A DNA stretch of 64,000 nt from Carcharhinus amblyrhynchos (lineage: Eukaryota), in NCBI GenBank assembly GCA_965287045.1, contig OZ336885.1:65658001-65722000 (forward strand), written 5' to 3'. Each line of letters opens with the position of its first letter. Position 1 is the first letter of the stretch. A model generated the notes under the pieces. It saw nothing but the letters and a program-made list of their open reading frames with translations. It did no database searches and was not told the origin of the DNA. The position numbers and the translations under genes were made by a program. Positions 52,499-64,000 of the stretch are shown here, piece after piece.

Positions 52499-53120
52499 CG
52501 AGGCAAGCCAAACTTATTCAAGTCAGTTTGACGAATGTAGCATGAAACTACACGTTTAATTCAAATTGGTCATATCACTGTGAGAAAAGAAAAAAAAAAT
52601 ATTAGTTTACTTGAGTACCAATTTTACAAATTGAAAATTAGTCATTTATCTTCCGGAGGGAAATTCATGAGGGAAAAATAAGTTATATTTTTTCCAGTTT
52701 TGTTTTTAACTGTTTTACTATTGCTACGCACTTTTCATTCTACATTTCAAACTTAAGTTTATTAATGTTCTTCCATTCACACTGTTTTTGTCCCTCTGCC
52801 TCTGCCTTCACGAGGCAAGCCAGATTTATTCATGTCAGTTTGACGAACGTAGCATGAAACTACACTTTTAGTTCAAATCGGTCATATCACTGTGAGAAGG
52901 GGAAACATGCATTAGTTTACTTGAATGCCAATTTTGCAAATGGAAAATTAGTCATTTATCTCCCGGAGGGAATTTCATGCGACAAAAATAGGTTCTATTT
53001 TTCCAGTTTTGTTTTTAACTATTTTACCATTACTACGCGCTTTTCGTTCTACGTTTCAAATTTAAATGTATTAATATTCTTCCATTCACACTGTTTTTGT
53101 GTCTCTGCCTCCGTCTTCAC
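52499..53120. repeat. Tandem duplication, two ~311-bp units
   Basis: 52499-52810 and 52811-53120 both begin cgaggcaagcca and end ttccattcacactgtttttg..ctctgcctc..cttca; visibly high identity. Confidence 0.97.
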
Positions 53121-54604
53121 TCTTTCTTCAGTCCACGTCTTTATTGCTGCCATGTTCCATTTTCAGTCTTGTAGGAGGATTATTGAAAATTAAGTGATGC
53201 TGTAAAATTATAGTTGTTGAACGGCATTTGACAATATTATTTGTTGTGTGGTTTATTTTATTGGGCTGATGCGGTTCACTAGCTCATTTTTTTTTCTTTT
53301 TATATAATGAAAATTACTCGAGAAACATGGGGTCCATCGTCCCCTGTCTATGCAGTTCACCATTGGAAGGATTTGTTCCTCTGAGACACATTTAGTCATG
53401 CTCTACTCCGAGGTAACACTGTGCAAAACAACGGTCTTATGTTGAACCTGTAGCAGCCTGGCGTCACAACTCCGGAGATCTATACTTGAACTTGTGCTGT
53501 TCCTTGAAACATCCCGTTAGCTCACAGCTTAATTCGTTTAACGTTCTGGAGCTTCGTATCCTGGTACTCTTGTCTTTAACTCCCTCTCTTACCAAGAGTA
53601 TATGAACCAACCTTTCTGACGGCTAGGATATGATGGAAGCATGGGGAGTAAAATGAATACACTCGGCTAGTCATCAGCAAACGCAGATACATATTTTGTT
53701 GCCACGGTCTGCAACCAAAGGTTTAGAAATGATGAAATTTCGTATTTTATGCAAATGAATAAAGGTGGAGCTGTGACAAATAATATATAGTACAGGTTTC
53801 TTCACTGATAAACAAAACTAATGACTGATGATCCTTAAGTGAGGGCAGATGCTTTTATGTTCTTTAAGTCAAATGACGACAGATGCTGGGATCTGAACCT
53901 AAAAAGACAATACACTGGAAAATCTCAGCAGGCCTGTCAGCATCTGTGTGGAGTCAGAGATACTAAGATTTCTTTTTCACTCTCTCTTTTGGTGTCTTTA
54001 TGTCCATGTATGCCTGCATCTAATACCAAGACGATGGCAACGAAAATGATTTTCAATCATCCTATTTCTCTAAAGATAGCAAATCATAAATTTTGAAACA
54101 ACATACCATAATAATAAATACTACAAATGGTTAGGAAATGTGCAATTATGTTACTGAAGCACGCACATTTCTCGAAAAAAAAAGCACTTCTGGGTCGCAG
54201 CCTTCTTTGTGACAAATCTGCGGTGAACATCATCCTGTTAAAATACGGATTCATAAGGTCACGCGCTCGTTGCTCAAAGCTACTTATTGCTTCCTTTGTG
54301 TAGCTATCAGTTTGACGCAACTTATTGATACTTGCATTAAATGAGCAGGCTTAAATATGTATAGTAAGTGTGCTGTGCTGAAAAGGCTCAGAAGTTTATG
54401 TTCTTTTCTTCTAACGGGCGAAATGTTACATAGTTAAGTTGCTTTGTTATTCACATTCATTGAGAAACATCCTTATGCATTCACTGATGGAATCATTCAA
54501 TGTAGAATGTCGCACCTGGCCATAAATCAATGACAATAACGTTTGCGGACGATCAGAAGAAAATCATATAAATTCACATAATCCTTTTTGACATTTGTAT
54601 TTAG

Positions 54605-54640
54605 AACTCGATCAGATGGATCAAAGGGCGCAATCATTAG
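54605..54640 (+). CDS. 36-nt phase-1 mini-exon (E)LDQMDQRAQSL
   Basis: catttgtatttag|...attag|gtaagt. Confidence 0.72.
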   Translation, partial: NSIRWIKGRNH

Positions 54641-55364
54641 GTAAGTCTCAGTTGACCTGGGATATGAGATACAGCACGTATTAGTTGGAATACTCTTTTG
54701 TTTCTTTCTTCAAAGCTGAAATTTGGCTGTAGTTGGTTCATGTCATTGGGGATGGGGGGGGGGGAGGGGATGGTGGTGCATTGCAATCTACAGCAGTCGA
54801 CTCATATTCAACACATCAGCAATTATCGTCGCAAGAAAGTTGTTTTTGCTATGTGGAATTTCAAGTCAAACGTGATTTGAGTTATGTGATATTTCGAACT
54901 GAATTAATTTTCTTCGCATAATTTGTTATCTTCAAAATAAATGTTCAGGAAGCATTCCCATTTCCATTACATTCCAAATAATATTGGCGTTGAATTTGGA
55001 AAAAAAAGAAAAAAAAACGTGTTTCCTTTTGTACGTCACCCTCAGTGTTTCGTTGTCAATGGGAATGAATATTCGGAGGGCAAATTCCCAAGCATTAATT
55101 GCAGAACTGCATATTTAAACGTCATGATAACGCCTCGCATACAAATATTTGACTGCAACCTAATTTCTCCGCATTCGTGAATTGAAATTGAATTCTGCCA
55201 TGGCAGCAACTGTCCTCGTGATGGAGTTATTTAATCCAGCATCGGTTCCACTTATCTGGAACAATGTATCTGAGCTCAACGGTTCGGAGTTGCTACATAT
55301 GCAACACATTGGTGTAATATAATTGTCAAGGTAGTACATCCGGCCATAAACCTTCCCTTTATCC

Positions 55365-55389
55365 ACACAGACACACGCGGGTGCGCGCG

Positions 55390-55434
<45 letters not shown>
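55365..55434. repeat. Compound (CG)n/(CA)n microsatellite
   Basis: Direct reading; alternating purine-pyrimidine. Confidence 0.95.
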
Positions 55435-55438
<4 letters not shown>

Positions 55439-56542
55439 ACAAAGCCATTTTCGTGCTTCTATAGCTATGTTTTCAGCCTATGTTGACTTTTTTTTTACAA
55501 TTTTACTGTGAAACTCGTACATTACACTGCAACGGAAGCGACCTCAGCGCAAAATCCATGAATATTTTGTTTGATGTATGCTGAATGTTTCTCACTTTTG
55601 ATATTTGTACCGTGGTCCATTGCCTGAAATAAAGAAAACGACAATGTTTCCAATAAGATGATGTGCTCTTTCTCATGTTCGGAATAAGGTACCAGACAAA
55701 TAGTTCTCACAGCCGTGAATTAATTTGTTTTTGGAGTAGAATTCTACACTTTAATTGATAACAATGTTCTCTTTGTCTTATTATTAACGCATTGATTTGT
55801 ACCAAGTACACATGGGAATTTAGTTGATTTATTTTACTGGAATATTTTTTAAATTATTTGTGTGGATACTTCACAGAAGACAAGAACAAAAATCCACGCT
55901 GGTACAACTTCGAAATACCGTGTGATTTCACACATTTCTTCCAGCATTGTGGATCATAAAACTTTAAAAAAAAACGCCTTTTCAGTTTGTTCTTATTTCC
56001 CCGAGGGAATGAATCCAATTTGAACCGTAGCGTCACGCTTGAAGCATTTATTGGCCAGGACATATTGATCATAATTAAGCATTTTATGGTAATGATCATT
56101 TGTGCGATGCCATCTCGTTCAGAGATGGGGAAATCTCACAACTCATTCCAAATGAAATGTTTCTGATTTTATTCTCTTTTAATCTGCATGCCTAAAATGT
56201 AAGACATTACCTTTTTTTTAAAATGTTCAGTGACAGGCTGTAAGTACATTTGTGGAGTGCTCAATACATTTTTGAAAGGGCATTACGCCATTTGTATTAT
56301 TCCTGGAGTATTTCGGATTCCCTAATTAGTCTCCCTTGGAGAGTTTCAGTCATATTCACCACTGTCTGACTAGGTGTTATATATTCTGTGTCTTGCTAAC
56401 ATCCATGACATTCCTAATAGATGTTACTCTAATTATGCATTTTCGTGATTCCAGGACTTCTATTTTCACTTAGGAATTCTGTGTCATTCAATATATTGTC
56501 ACAATGAACCATAAAGTTAATGCTCTACATTACCTGCTGCAG

Positions 56543-56569
56543 AGAGACAACTGAAGGACGTGAGTGAAA
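56543..56569 (+). CDS. 27-nt phase-1 mini-exon (E)RQLKDVSE (alternative internal donor at 56560)
   Basis: cctgctgcag|...tgaaa|gtaaat; extends the heptad of the 54605 exon. Confidence 0.45.
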
Positions 56570-56721
56570 GTAAATAATTACTTATTTTGTGATATTCAGA
56601 ACAATCATGCGAACGACCCATATGCGTATCATGAAATTCCATTTCTAGATTGTGTGTCACGTCTAACAATGAAAAAGCTGACCACTTTGTCCCCAAAATC
56701 TTATAATTCTAGTGCTCACAG

Positions 56722-56739
56722 TGAAATGTGGAGACAAAG
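56722..56739 (+). CDS. 18-nt (or 27-nt from 56713) phase-1 mini-exon KCGDK
   Basis: ctcacag| or ttctag| ...caaag|gtaaga. Confidence 0.55.
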
Positions 56740-57229
56740 GTAAGATATCACATTTTAAAGAACAACTTATATGATGCTGCCCAGAAAATTATTACAGCTA
56801 CTCATTTTGACCTAAGCAGCTGAATATGAACGCATGCAATGGTAGATATAATGAGGAATGTTTTCTCCTACCCAAAAGAGCGTTTGCTGATAGATGCAAG
56901 TCATTTTTTTCACAGATATGGCAAGCCCCTGCAAGAAGCTACAAATCCTGATGAAACAAAATACTCAGTCCCTCAGTCCTTCATTCCAATGGTGTCTGTG
57001 AGGCACAAGTGAACAGAACGAACAAATCTTTTTTTTGCCTTATCTAAGTAACACTACACCCCGAATCCGAAACTTACCGGTCTGAGACTTGGAAAGGTTT
57101 AGTGACTGGTCAGAACAATGTTCTGCGGGAAGTAATTTCAAGGAAACACAACAGTTTCGGGGGAAAAAAGTAATTCTTCAAATCTGTCGTCAAGGACCAA
57201 TACTTAATTCTGTGACCGTGCCTTTTGGT

Positions 57230-57920
57230 GTGACCATCGAATTATTGGAAACATCCTCTGAACCTCTGCCCTAAGACCAGAAGAACGTCATATAATTCAA
57301 TCATATCATCTGAGTTCCAAATAACAACGGAACAACGTGTTTAATATTTCATAATATGGAAAGCCCTCCGAGAATCCATTGTCTGAAAGGCCTCCAATAA
57401 TAACGCATCATTCCTTAAAAAGAGGTGACCAAAAATGCACACAGTATTCTTACTTTGACATCATTATTACTCTGCATAGTTTCCGCAACACCTTGTTATT
57501 TTCTATCACAGTGACATTCAAAAAAAATACCAGCATACCATCTCCCTTGCCAATAAACTGCTGCAACACTTTTAGTTGATTTACGTTTCATGAACAAGAA
57601 CACCTACGTCACCTTAAGCAACTCCTTTCTGAAGTCTCTCTCCCTTTAAATTATAACCTGCTGTCTCATCATTTCCTCACTTCTAGTTAGAATCATGTGA
57701 TTTCATATTGGCAAACAAATATAGGGCTGGTCAGCTGAACAAATACATTGATTCTGTCTTAAAAAAATAAGCTACGTAACATTTTCGAACATTGCACTCT
57801 ATGTTTTTTCTTCAAAATGTTTGTCCATTCTCTCAACTGTTAAATGGTTCTCTGTAAAATACGTGCATTCTGTTTGCAGCGTCATTCTCACTTATCATGG
57901 TATGGTCCGCAAATTACGGC
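57230..57920 (-). mobile_element. Old CR1 fragment
   Basis: gaggtgaccaaaaatgcacacagtattct (reverse of EYCVxFWSP) and flanking remnants. Confidence 0.7.
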
Positions 57921-59520
57921 ACACTATAAGATTTCTTTATTTCTAATAATGTTTTTCCGTGGTAAGCGTTAAACACAGCGCTGATACTTTCGGCTTCCCC
58001 ACCAATGATCCTGCGACATTATTGTACAATCCAGAAAGCTTGTCTTTTGGTTCTCTAAAGCATGATTTCTGCTCCTCAAAGCTTCAGCAGGTTTCACTAT
58101 AATCACCAGGCGGGATTCCAGAAGTCTTTCCACTGGACTTTAATTGGCTTGTAAGGTTTTTTTTAGTATTTGGATTTATGTAACTATGCATTCTTAGGAG
58201 GGAAATAAGATCATGACGACAGCTCAAGTGATGAAAGTCCTTTCGTTATCAGCTGTAACCTTTAGGGTAGTTTAAAAAGGACATCAAGCTTCAAAATAAG
58301 TGATTACCTTCCTATTTATTATTTTGGAAATTCTGCTCGTAATCTCGAAGAAAGATCTTAACTTCCAGTAGTAAAGATTCCGCATTTGATGGCACCACCA
58401 GAGTGTCTGTCTCCGAAATTCTGAGAAGCTGCTTTCATTCCAACTTGTTTTGAGTTAATATGGAGAACTGCAGACTTCAACCAAATGATTCAACTTCCAG
58501 TATGACACATGCATTAGTCTTTTCTGTGCTGAATGTTCTGTCTCTGGAAGGGATTAGTTTTGATTGGAATATATTATGTATACTTCTTAAGGATCATGCA
58601 ATATGATGTTTGTTGTGTTTCTCTTGTTTAATTTATAATCATTTTTTACTAATTATCTGAATGTACGTGTTCTCTGTATACTTAACTAAACTTTTTTTGA
58701 TAAAGCTCCCTAGTGGATCATTACACATCCCTGAAGTCAAACATGTCATGCTTAACCTAGTCAACTTCAAGGGGCAAAATTTATGACCCATGTTGCTTCC
58801 AGTAAACACCTTGGAGTCTCTGATCTGAACCATAACACTCTTCAAAATTCCCTCGTCATTGGTCGTTAGTTCTTCATTGTTAACTAATACCCTATCCAGG
58901 CCAGGATACCAACAGCAGCACCATGAACTCCCATAATAGATTGTTGCGAGGCACATTTTTAAAAATGAAAATATGCAACATCGATTGGTTGCCCTTTATA
59001 ATTTCGTGCTGAACCATTCTGAAATAACAATTATAATTGTGTCACAAAATCGTGGAAGCATTTTTTGATGAGATTCTGGCTTTCTAAATTATACTTTATT
59101 ATTCTCTTTATAATCAATTTTTGATATGATTCAAATAGCTGCCTGGACTGTAGCTTCCTGTATGACGCATAAGCCTATTTGTGAATAACGTTATCAATTT
59201 GTGAGTTTCACAATTCATTCACATTCATCCTGAATACAATGAGTTTTGTGAAGTCGTGGCATTCGAGGGATGAGACCTACAGCTACCATTTTTATGATCC
59301 TGGGAGGAAACAATTAGTTCGAATGGAGGTGAAATCCTTCCCCACTAGTGTTTTTTTTCTAGAACTATTTATTCGATGATTTTTCCACATTTAATTCCAA
59401 CCTGATATTTCCTCCCGTTTTTCGAACTGTGTTGTCTTTCCAGGATGCTGATGGCATCTTCCATTGTAGCTAACGACGGCAAATTTCTACTCAACTCCTC
59501 TATAATTTACTTCTGTACAG

Positions 59521-59580
59521 GAAACGCCTCGTATCCAGCCAGCAAAAAAAATACTCAAGTGCAAAACACAGACCATCATC
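59521..59580 (+). CDS. 60-nt phase-1 exon (G)NASYPASKKNTQVQNTDHH
   Basis: tttacttctgtacag|...tcatc|gtaaac. Confidence 0.5.
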
Positions 59581-59614
59581 GTAAACGTTCATACTGTATC
59601 AAAATAAAACTAGT

Positions 59615-59825
59615 ATTATGGATGTTGGAATCGGAAAGAATTTAAGGAAAACATCATCAGGTCTGGCAGCATCCCTGCAGAGCCAAACGAACAATTATTT
59701 CGAATCGAGATGACAGCAGCGTCCCGGGCCACCTCTAACGAAGGGTTGTCATCCAGACGTGCTGAGATGTTATACATTTCCTGTTTTTGATTTCAAATCT
59801 CCATGTTCGCGTTTTTGGCGTGGCA
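59615..59825. mobile_element. Decayed palindromic Penelope-derived short element (a related half copy lies at 53878-53960)
   Basis: gatgttggaatc..caggtctggcagcatc..tctaacgaagggt..gctgag..catttcctgtttttgatttcaaatctcca. Confidence 0.55.
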
Positions 59826-59923
59826 ACTGTAAATGCTTATACTTCCAAATATTCGTATTGATATATTGTAAAACTAATACCTAATTTCAATAATTCAGGG
59901 AAAAATATCAAATTATTCTTTAG

Positions 59924-59956
59924 GTCCAGCGACTGTCGCTCTGAGGCAGATGGAAG
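59924..59956 (+). CDS. 33-nt phase-1 mini-exon PATVALRQME
   Basis: ttattctttag|...ggaag|gtaact. Confidence 0.62.
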
Positions 59957-60063
59957 GTAACTAATGTGAACTCGCCGTTTCAATTTAGAACTGAAATGCT
60001 TACAATATTGACAAGATTTATCTTAATGAAATTTAAAAAAAAAGACTTTGTGTTAATTTTCAG

Positions 60064-60089
60064 TGAATAGTCAGCTGGTTGCAGCATAG
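60064..60089 (+). CDS. Candidate terminal coding exon (V)NSQLVAA*
   Basis: tgttaattttcag| phase 1, TAG at 60087-60089; an AATAAA lies at 61201. Confidence 0.5.
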
Positions 60090-60244
60090 CCCTGAAGTTA
60101 AAATGAGTTTCAGTTGTTTCTATTTGTGGCATTTCACTCTGGAGATAAGATAATACTATTTTGAAGTTATATTCCAGTAAACTGAGTACTTACATACACG
60201 AATCAGCAAATTCATGGAAACGGAAGAAGGCCACAAGCATGTAG

Positions 60245-60990
60245 ACAACATGCATTACAGCAACATTTTCGCAAATACCTCTGTTCTGAAGTTTTCTGAA
60301 GGCACTACTATCGTCGGACGGATCTCAATCAACGATGAAATGGAGTGCCGGGAAGTGTTAGAAGAGCAGTGTATTGGTCCTCTGAAAATGATCACTCTGA
60401 AGTGCGAAAAGGAAGGAGATGGCCCTGGTTAGGAAGCGTAGGGATGGACATACGCCAATCCACATTAATAAGGATGATGAGGAAATGGTCAAGAAGTCCA
60501 TGTTCCTACGAATGCAAATCACCAGCAACCTGTCCCAGGCCCGCAACGCCAACAATATAGTTCAGGCAATCCACCAACGCCGCTAATTCCACAGGAAGCT
60601 GTGGGAATTTGGAACATCCGCTACGATTCTAATTTGCTTTTACACATGCAAAGTAGACACCATAATTCCCAGATATATCACAGTTTTGTACCGCGCCTGT
60701 TCTGACCAAGCCCGCAAGAAACTAGAAAAATGCTGTGACCATAGGTAATAATGCAAACCTGCCTTCCATCCAGTGACTCAGCCTAAACTCCCCAATGCCA
60801 AAGAAACATAGTCAGTATCACCAAGAACCACACTCATTCGTGATTCTCTCTTCTTTCGTCGGAAAAAAAATCTTAAAGTTTGAGGCCACCTACCAACCGA
60901 CTCAAGAGAGTTTTTTTTTGCGCCAAATTCAAACTTCGAATGGGCGTAACCTATGTTAAATTCATCTTTCTCTACACCCGAGCTATGTTT
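60245..60990 (+). mobile_element. Rex1/Babar-type LINE 3' fragment
   Basis: NTSVLKFSEGTTIVGRISINDEMECRE resembles the Rex1 RT motif SIIKFADDTTVVGLISNNDETAYRE. Confidence 0.8.
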
Positions 60991-61999
60991 ATATTTTAAG
61001 TTATGCTTAAGTGTTCATTTAATTTATTAGCAACACAAGTCGGCTTCAAATCACCAAAAAATGCAGTTACTGTGAAAAATCAACCAGTCAGCACACTCTG
61101 GTAGCTTTCTGAGTGATAATTTAGCATGACCAATGCAACTAAACAACATGTCTTTCAGATTCTGGTAGGAATCCGGAGCTCATGGTGGTAATGTGACAAG
61201 AATAAATTAAACCAAATCAGAAGGACCCAATTAGAAAAACGAATATCCAACGTCCGCATTGTGTACCTTAAGTAACTGTCAAAATTCTGATAAACATCTG
61301 AAAACAAAAAAAAACTAATGTGGCTGAACTGTGTTACTTTTTCATGGAATACCAAGAATGCAGAACGTTAGCCTATCCTGTCCGGATCAAATCTCTGAAA
61401 GTGCATTCCACCCACGCATTCTCTTGCATCTTACTGCAGAACCAATGCCATTTAACATGACTAATTCATTCGAAATACACATGAATGTAGATTCTGAAAC
61501 AAAATGTAAAACTGCATACAATATGCCAATTGAAATGCATAAAAAATCAAGCATAAAGGCAATTACAATTTAAATCCAACTCAAACACACATTGAATCTT
61601 AAATTGGTGACCATAATATTGTGGGAAGATCGAGGAGAACTCTGTCGATGCAAATCGCAAGTGCAGCAATTGCACGTTCGACCTGGTGCGGATTGCAGAT
61701 CACACAATTTGAGGCAACATTTCAATTAATTATTTATTTACTAAAATACTGGAGGAAGAAAACAAACACATATATGTGGACCTGATTTTTTTTAACTTTG
61801 TAGCGCTCCGTCACCAATCTAATCCCTGTTTGAATTTTGGGATACTATTTGATTCAAGTCGCGCGAAAGAACAGGTCTTCATCCCGCCCTGTGTATGTCA
61901 GACGTCAAATTGCAATCTAGGGCAATTCCAGTTACAAAAATGAGGCCAGTGGCGACAACATGTCTTCGATTTAAGAACTTATCCTTCTCAATTTAAATG

Positions 62000-63050
62000 T
62001 AGTGACGTTAACTGCCTCCAACAGTCTTTCAGGTAGCAGGTTCCATATCTACATCACAATTTGGGCCCTTTCATTTACACCCCCAAGACCCCTTTAAAAT
62101 TGCTCCATGTGATTAAACAATCATCATCTGCAAGGCATAATATAATCCTAAAGTCTGCCCTACCTATTCTTCTCATAACGTAGTATATCTGCATCAGAGA
62201 CACCTTCAGCTTCGAAACCGTCCAAAACACACAAAAAAAAAGCCCATCTGGTCGCCCCCGTAGCTGACTATGTCATTCAAAGGCAGCATCTAGGTGAATT
62301 TTCAATGCGTCATCTCCACTGCAGTCACATCCTTCCGACAGTTTGGAGAGGGAAAATGCAAAAAAAAAGCTCAATTTGTGGACTAACAATGCTTTGCAAA
62401 ATGTCCTGAGCCCTCCACACTGTCAAAATACAGGTCCGTGTTAAGGAAGGCAGACATTATTCATGCCTAATTCACCAGGAAATCAAAATATGCTGCGCTT
62501 TCAGCGCATTATGCACGTGCACCAAAGAGTCTGTTTGCCCGTCATTCCGCGCCCCCGCCCCCGCCCCCAACCCACCCGAATCCACTGTTCAGTTTATGTA
62601 TGCTCCCATTATTAGAGCATGCAAAATACATGTCCTCACACTTGTGAAAAAATGGAGTTCTGCATGCCATTGTTCTTTCCAATTTTAGCAGCTGATCAAT
62701 GTTGTTCTGTTTCTTGAGGCTCTCCTCCTTGTTTTAACCAACGCAAACACGTTACATATCGTCTGCAAACTTATTAAATATCCCTTCTTCATTCATATCC
62801 AATTCGTTAATGTATATAACAAACTGAAAACGTCGTATACAGATTCAAATATAGTACACGGTTTGTGGCAAGTTTCCAATCAACAAAAGGAACGATGATC
62901 TTCTGTCTCTCTTTGTCTTATTTTAACCTGCGTTTGGATCCAAATTTCTATCTATCCCCGACCTAACGTTTTTGACTAGCACTCCACGGCGGGTCCTTTT
63001 CAAACACATGACAGAAGTCCAGGAATAAAACTTCCACCGTGATAACAACA
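62000..63050 (-). mobile_element. Old CR1 LINE RT to 3' fragment
   Basis: ggtagcaggttccatatctacatcac, ggcagcatctaggtgaatt, atcgtctgcaaactt (reverse of KFADD). Confidence 0.8.
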
Positions 63051-64000
63051 TGAACAAAATGTTTAGTTATATCTTCAAATGTATCTCCAACAATCAAACC
63101 CGTGCTGTCGATCCCTGATCGACCTTGGGTTTTTGTTTTTCTGGTGTTGTTTAGTCTCGTCCTTCAGAATTGTTTGCAAAAACAAAACGCCATTGATTGC
63201 AGACAAATTAAACTGCAATAGCAGGCTTACCCACCCGGCCTTTCTGGAAGTAAGGTGCAACATTCGCTACCTTTCCTGCCAGCAGGTAACTCAATTGTGG
63301 CCAGCGAAAGTTCATATATCTCTGTCATGCAGTGAAACATTAGAGGTGTCTTTTACGAAGCAGGTGCCATGATTGAAGTTTTGCTGTGAGCTGAATGCGA
63401 CGCAAAAAAAAATAGCTTGCACGTATTCAGAACTGAAACAGGAAGCCTTCAGCCATACTCCAGTGACCTGACCCTCACTTCCGAAAAAAAAAGTCACAGG
63501 AATTAAAGAAGTCGCTTAACGACGTTGACATTATCATCATAGTTAAACCAGACATTAACGCATTAATGTTAGTCCCTTAAGTAAGTCAATGTTTTTTTTC
63601 ATAAATCAAGAATAAATCCAAGTGTATAGTGTGCATCAAAACAAATTGGTGTGTACCGCATGCACGTCTTGTTCTGGGATGGTGAGTATATGAACAATTT
63701 TGTTGATGGACAACACTAAATTTTGTGGGCTAAATCGTTGTAATTGCCCTGAGACTTATATCGAATTTTCATGGTACAAAGCCGGATCAAATGGTAGCAA
63801 GCACTTTAAAAAAAAATATTGCGTATTTGGTTATTCATAATTGATTTTGAAATTGACAATTGCATTATTTGAGATAGCTGGACTTTAATGTTTCGCATCC
63901 ATGTCAGTAATCGCGATATCTGAGCGACCAGTTGTTGATGGAAGGGAGCTCAGCAAATATTTTTTTTTCCCATCAATTTGGATTCTGTAACCGACTGTTT

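Larger units (their letters stand above)
20860..60089 (+). pseudogene. Multi-mini-exon gene or pseudogene encoding a Cys-containing coiled coil (5' exons not confidently identified)
   Basis: At least 12 AG..GT-bounded exons of 18-60 nt, all multiples of 3 and open in phase 1, splice into a heptad repeat. Four further symmetric candidates each carry one phase-1 stop. Confidence 0.6.

Noticed and set aside
56916-57012. YGKPLQEATNPDETKYSVPQSFIPMVS after a good acceptor resembles the STAT4 phosphotyrosine tail
   Set aside because: No SH2 or other STAT exons are nearby and the frame is phase 2. It is more likely chance, or an alternative terminal exon of the mini-exon gene read in phase 1 (DMASPCKKL..WCL*).
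1-64000. CRISPR arrays, operons, bacterial defence systems, rRNA or tRNA genes
   Set aside because: The DNA is clearly vertebrate. No regularly spaced direct repeats are present, and the tRNA-like boxes belong to SINE heads.

Overview
This is eukaryotic, repeat-rich vertebrate genomic DNA, almost certainly from a shark or other elasmobranch. The evidence is HE1-type V-SINEs, many CR1/HER1-type LINEs of different ages, Penelope-like elements with hammerhead ribozymes, a Rex1/Babar LINE fragment and a gag-bearing LTR/ERV-like relic. There are no prokaryotic features and no intact long host ORF. The most striking non-repeat signal is invisible to the ORF track: a chain of about 15-20 symmetric phase-1 mini-exons (18-60 nt) on the + strand from about 20.9 to 60.1 kb. 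When spliced they give a coiled coil with Leu and Cys at the heptad core, ending in a short terminal exon (VNSQLVAA*). Upstream are decayed immune-type gene remnants: a Schlafen-like helicase C-terminal half at 1-1062, a VJ-type Ig exon plus an Arg-containing TM exon (NKp30-like) at 10.2-11.3 kb, and weaker Ig/TM-like fragments. All protein-family calls come from by-eye motif comparison with remembered sequences, not database searches, and need verification.
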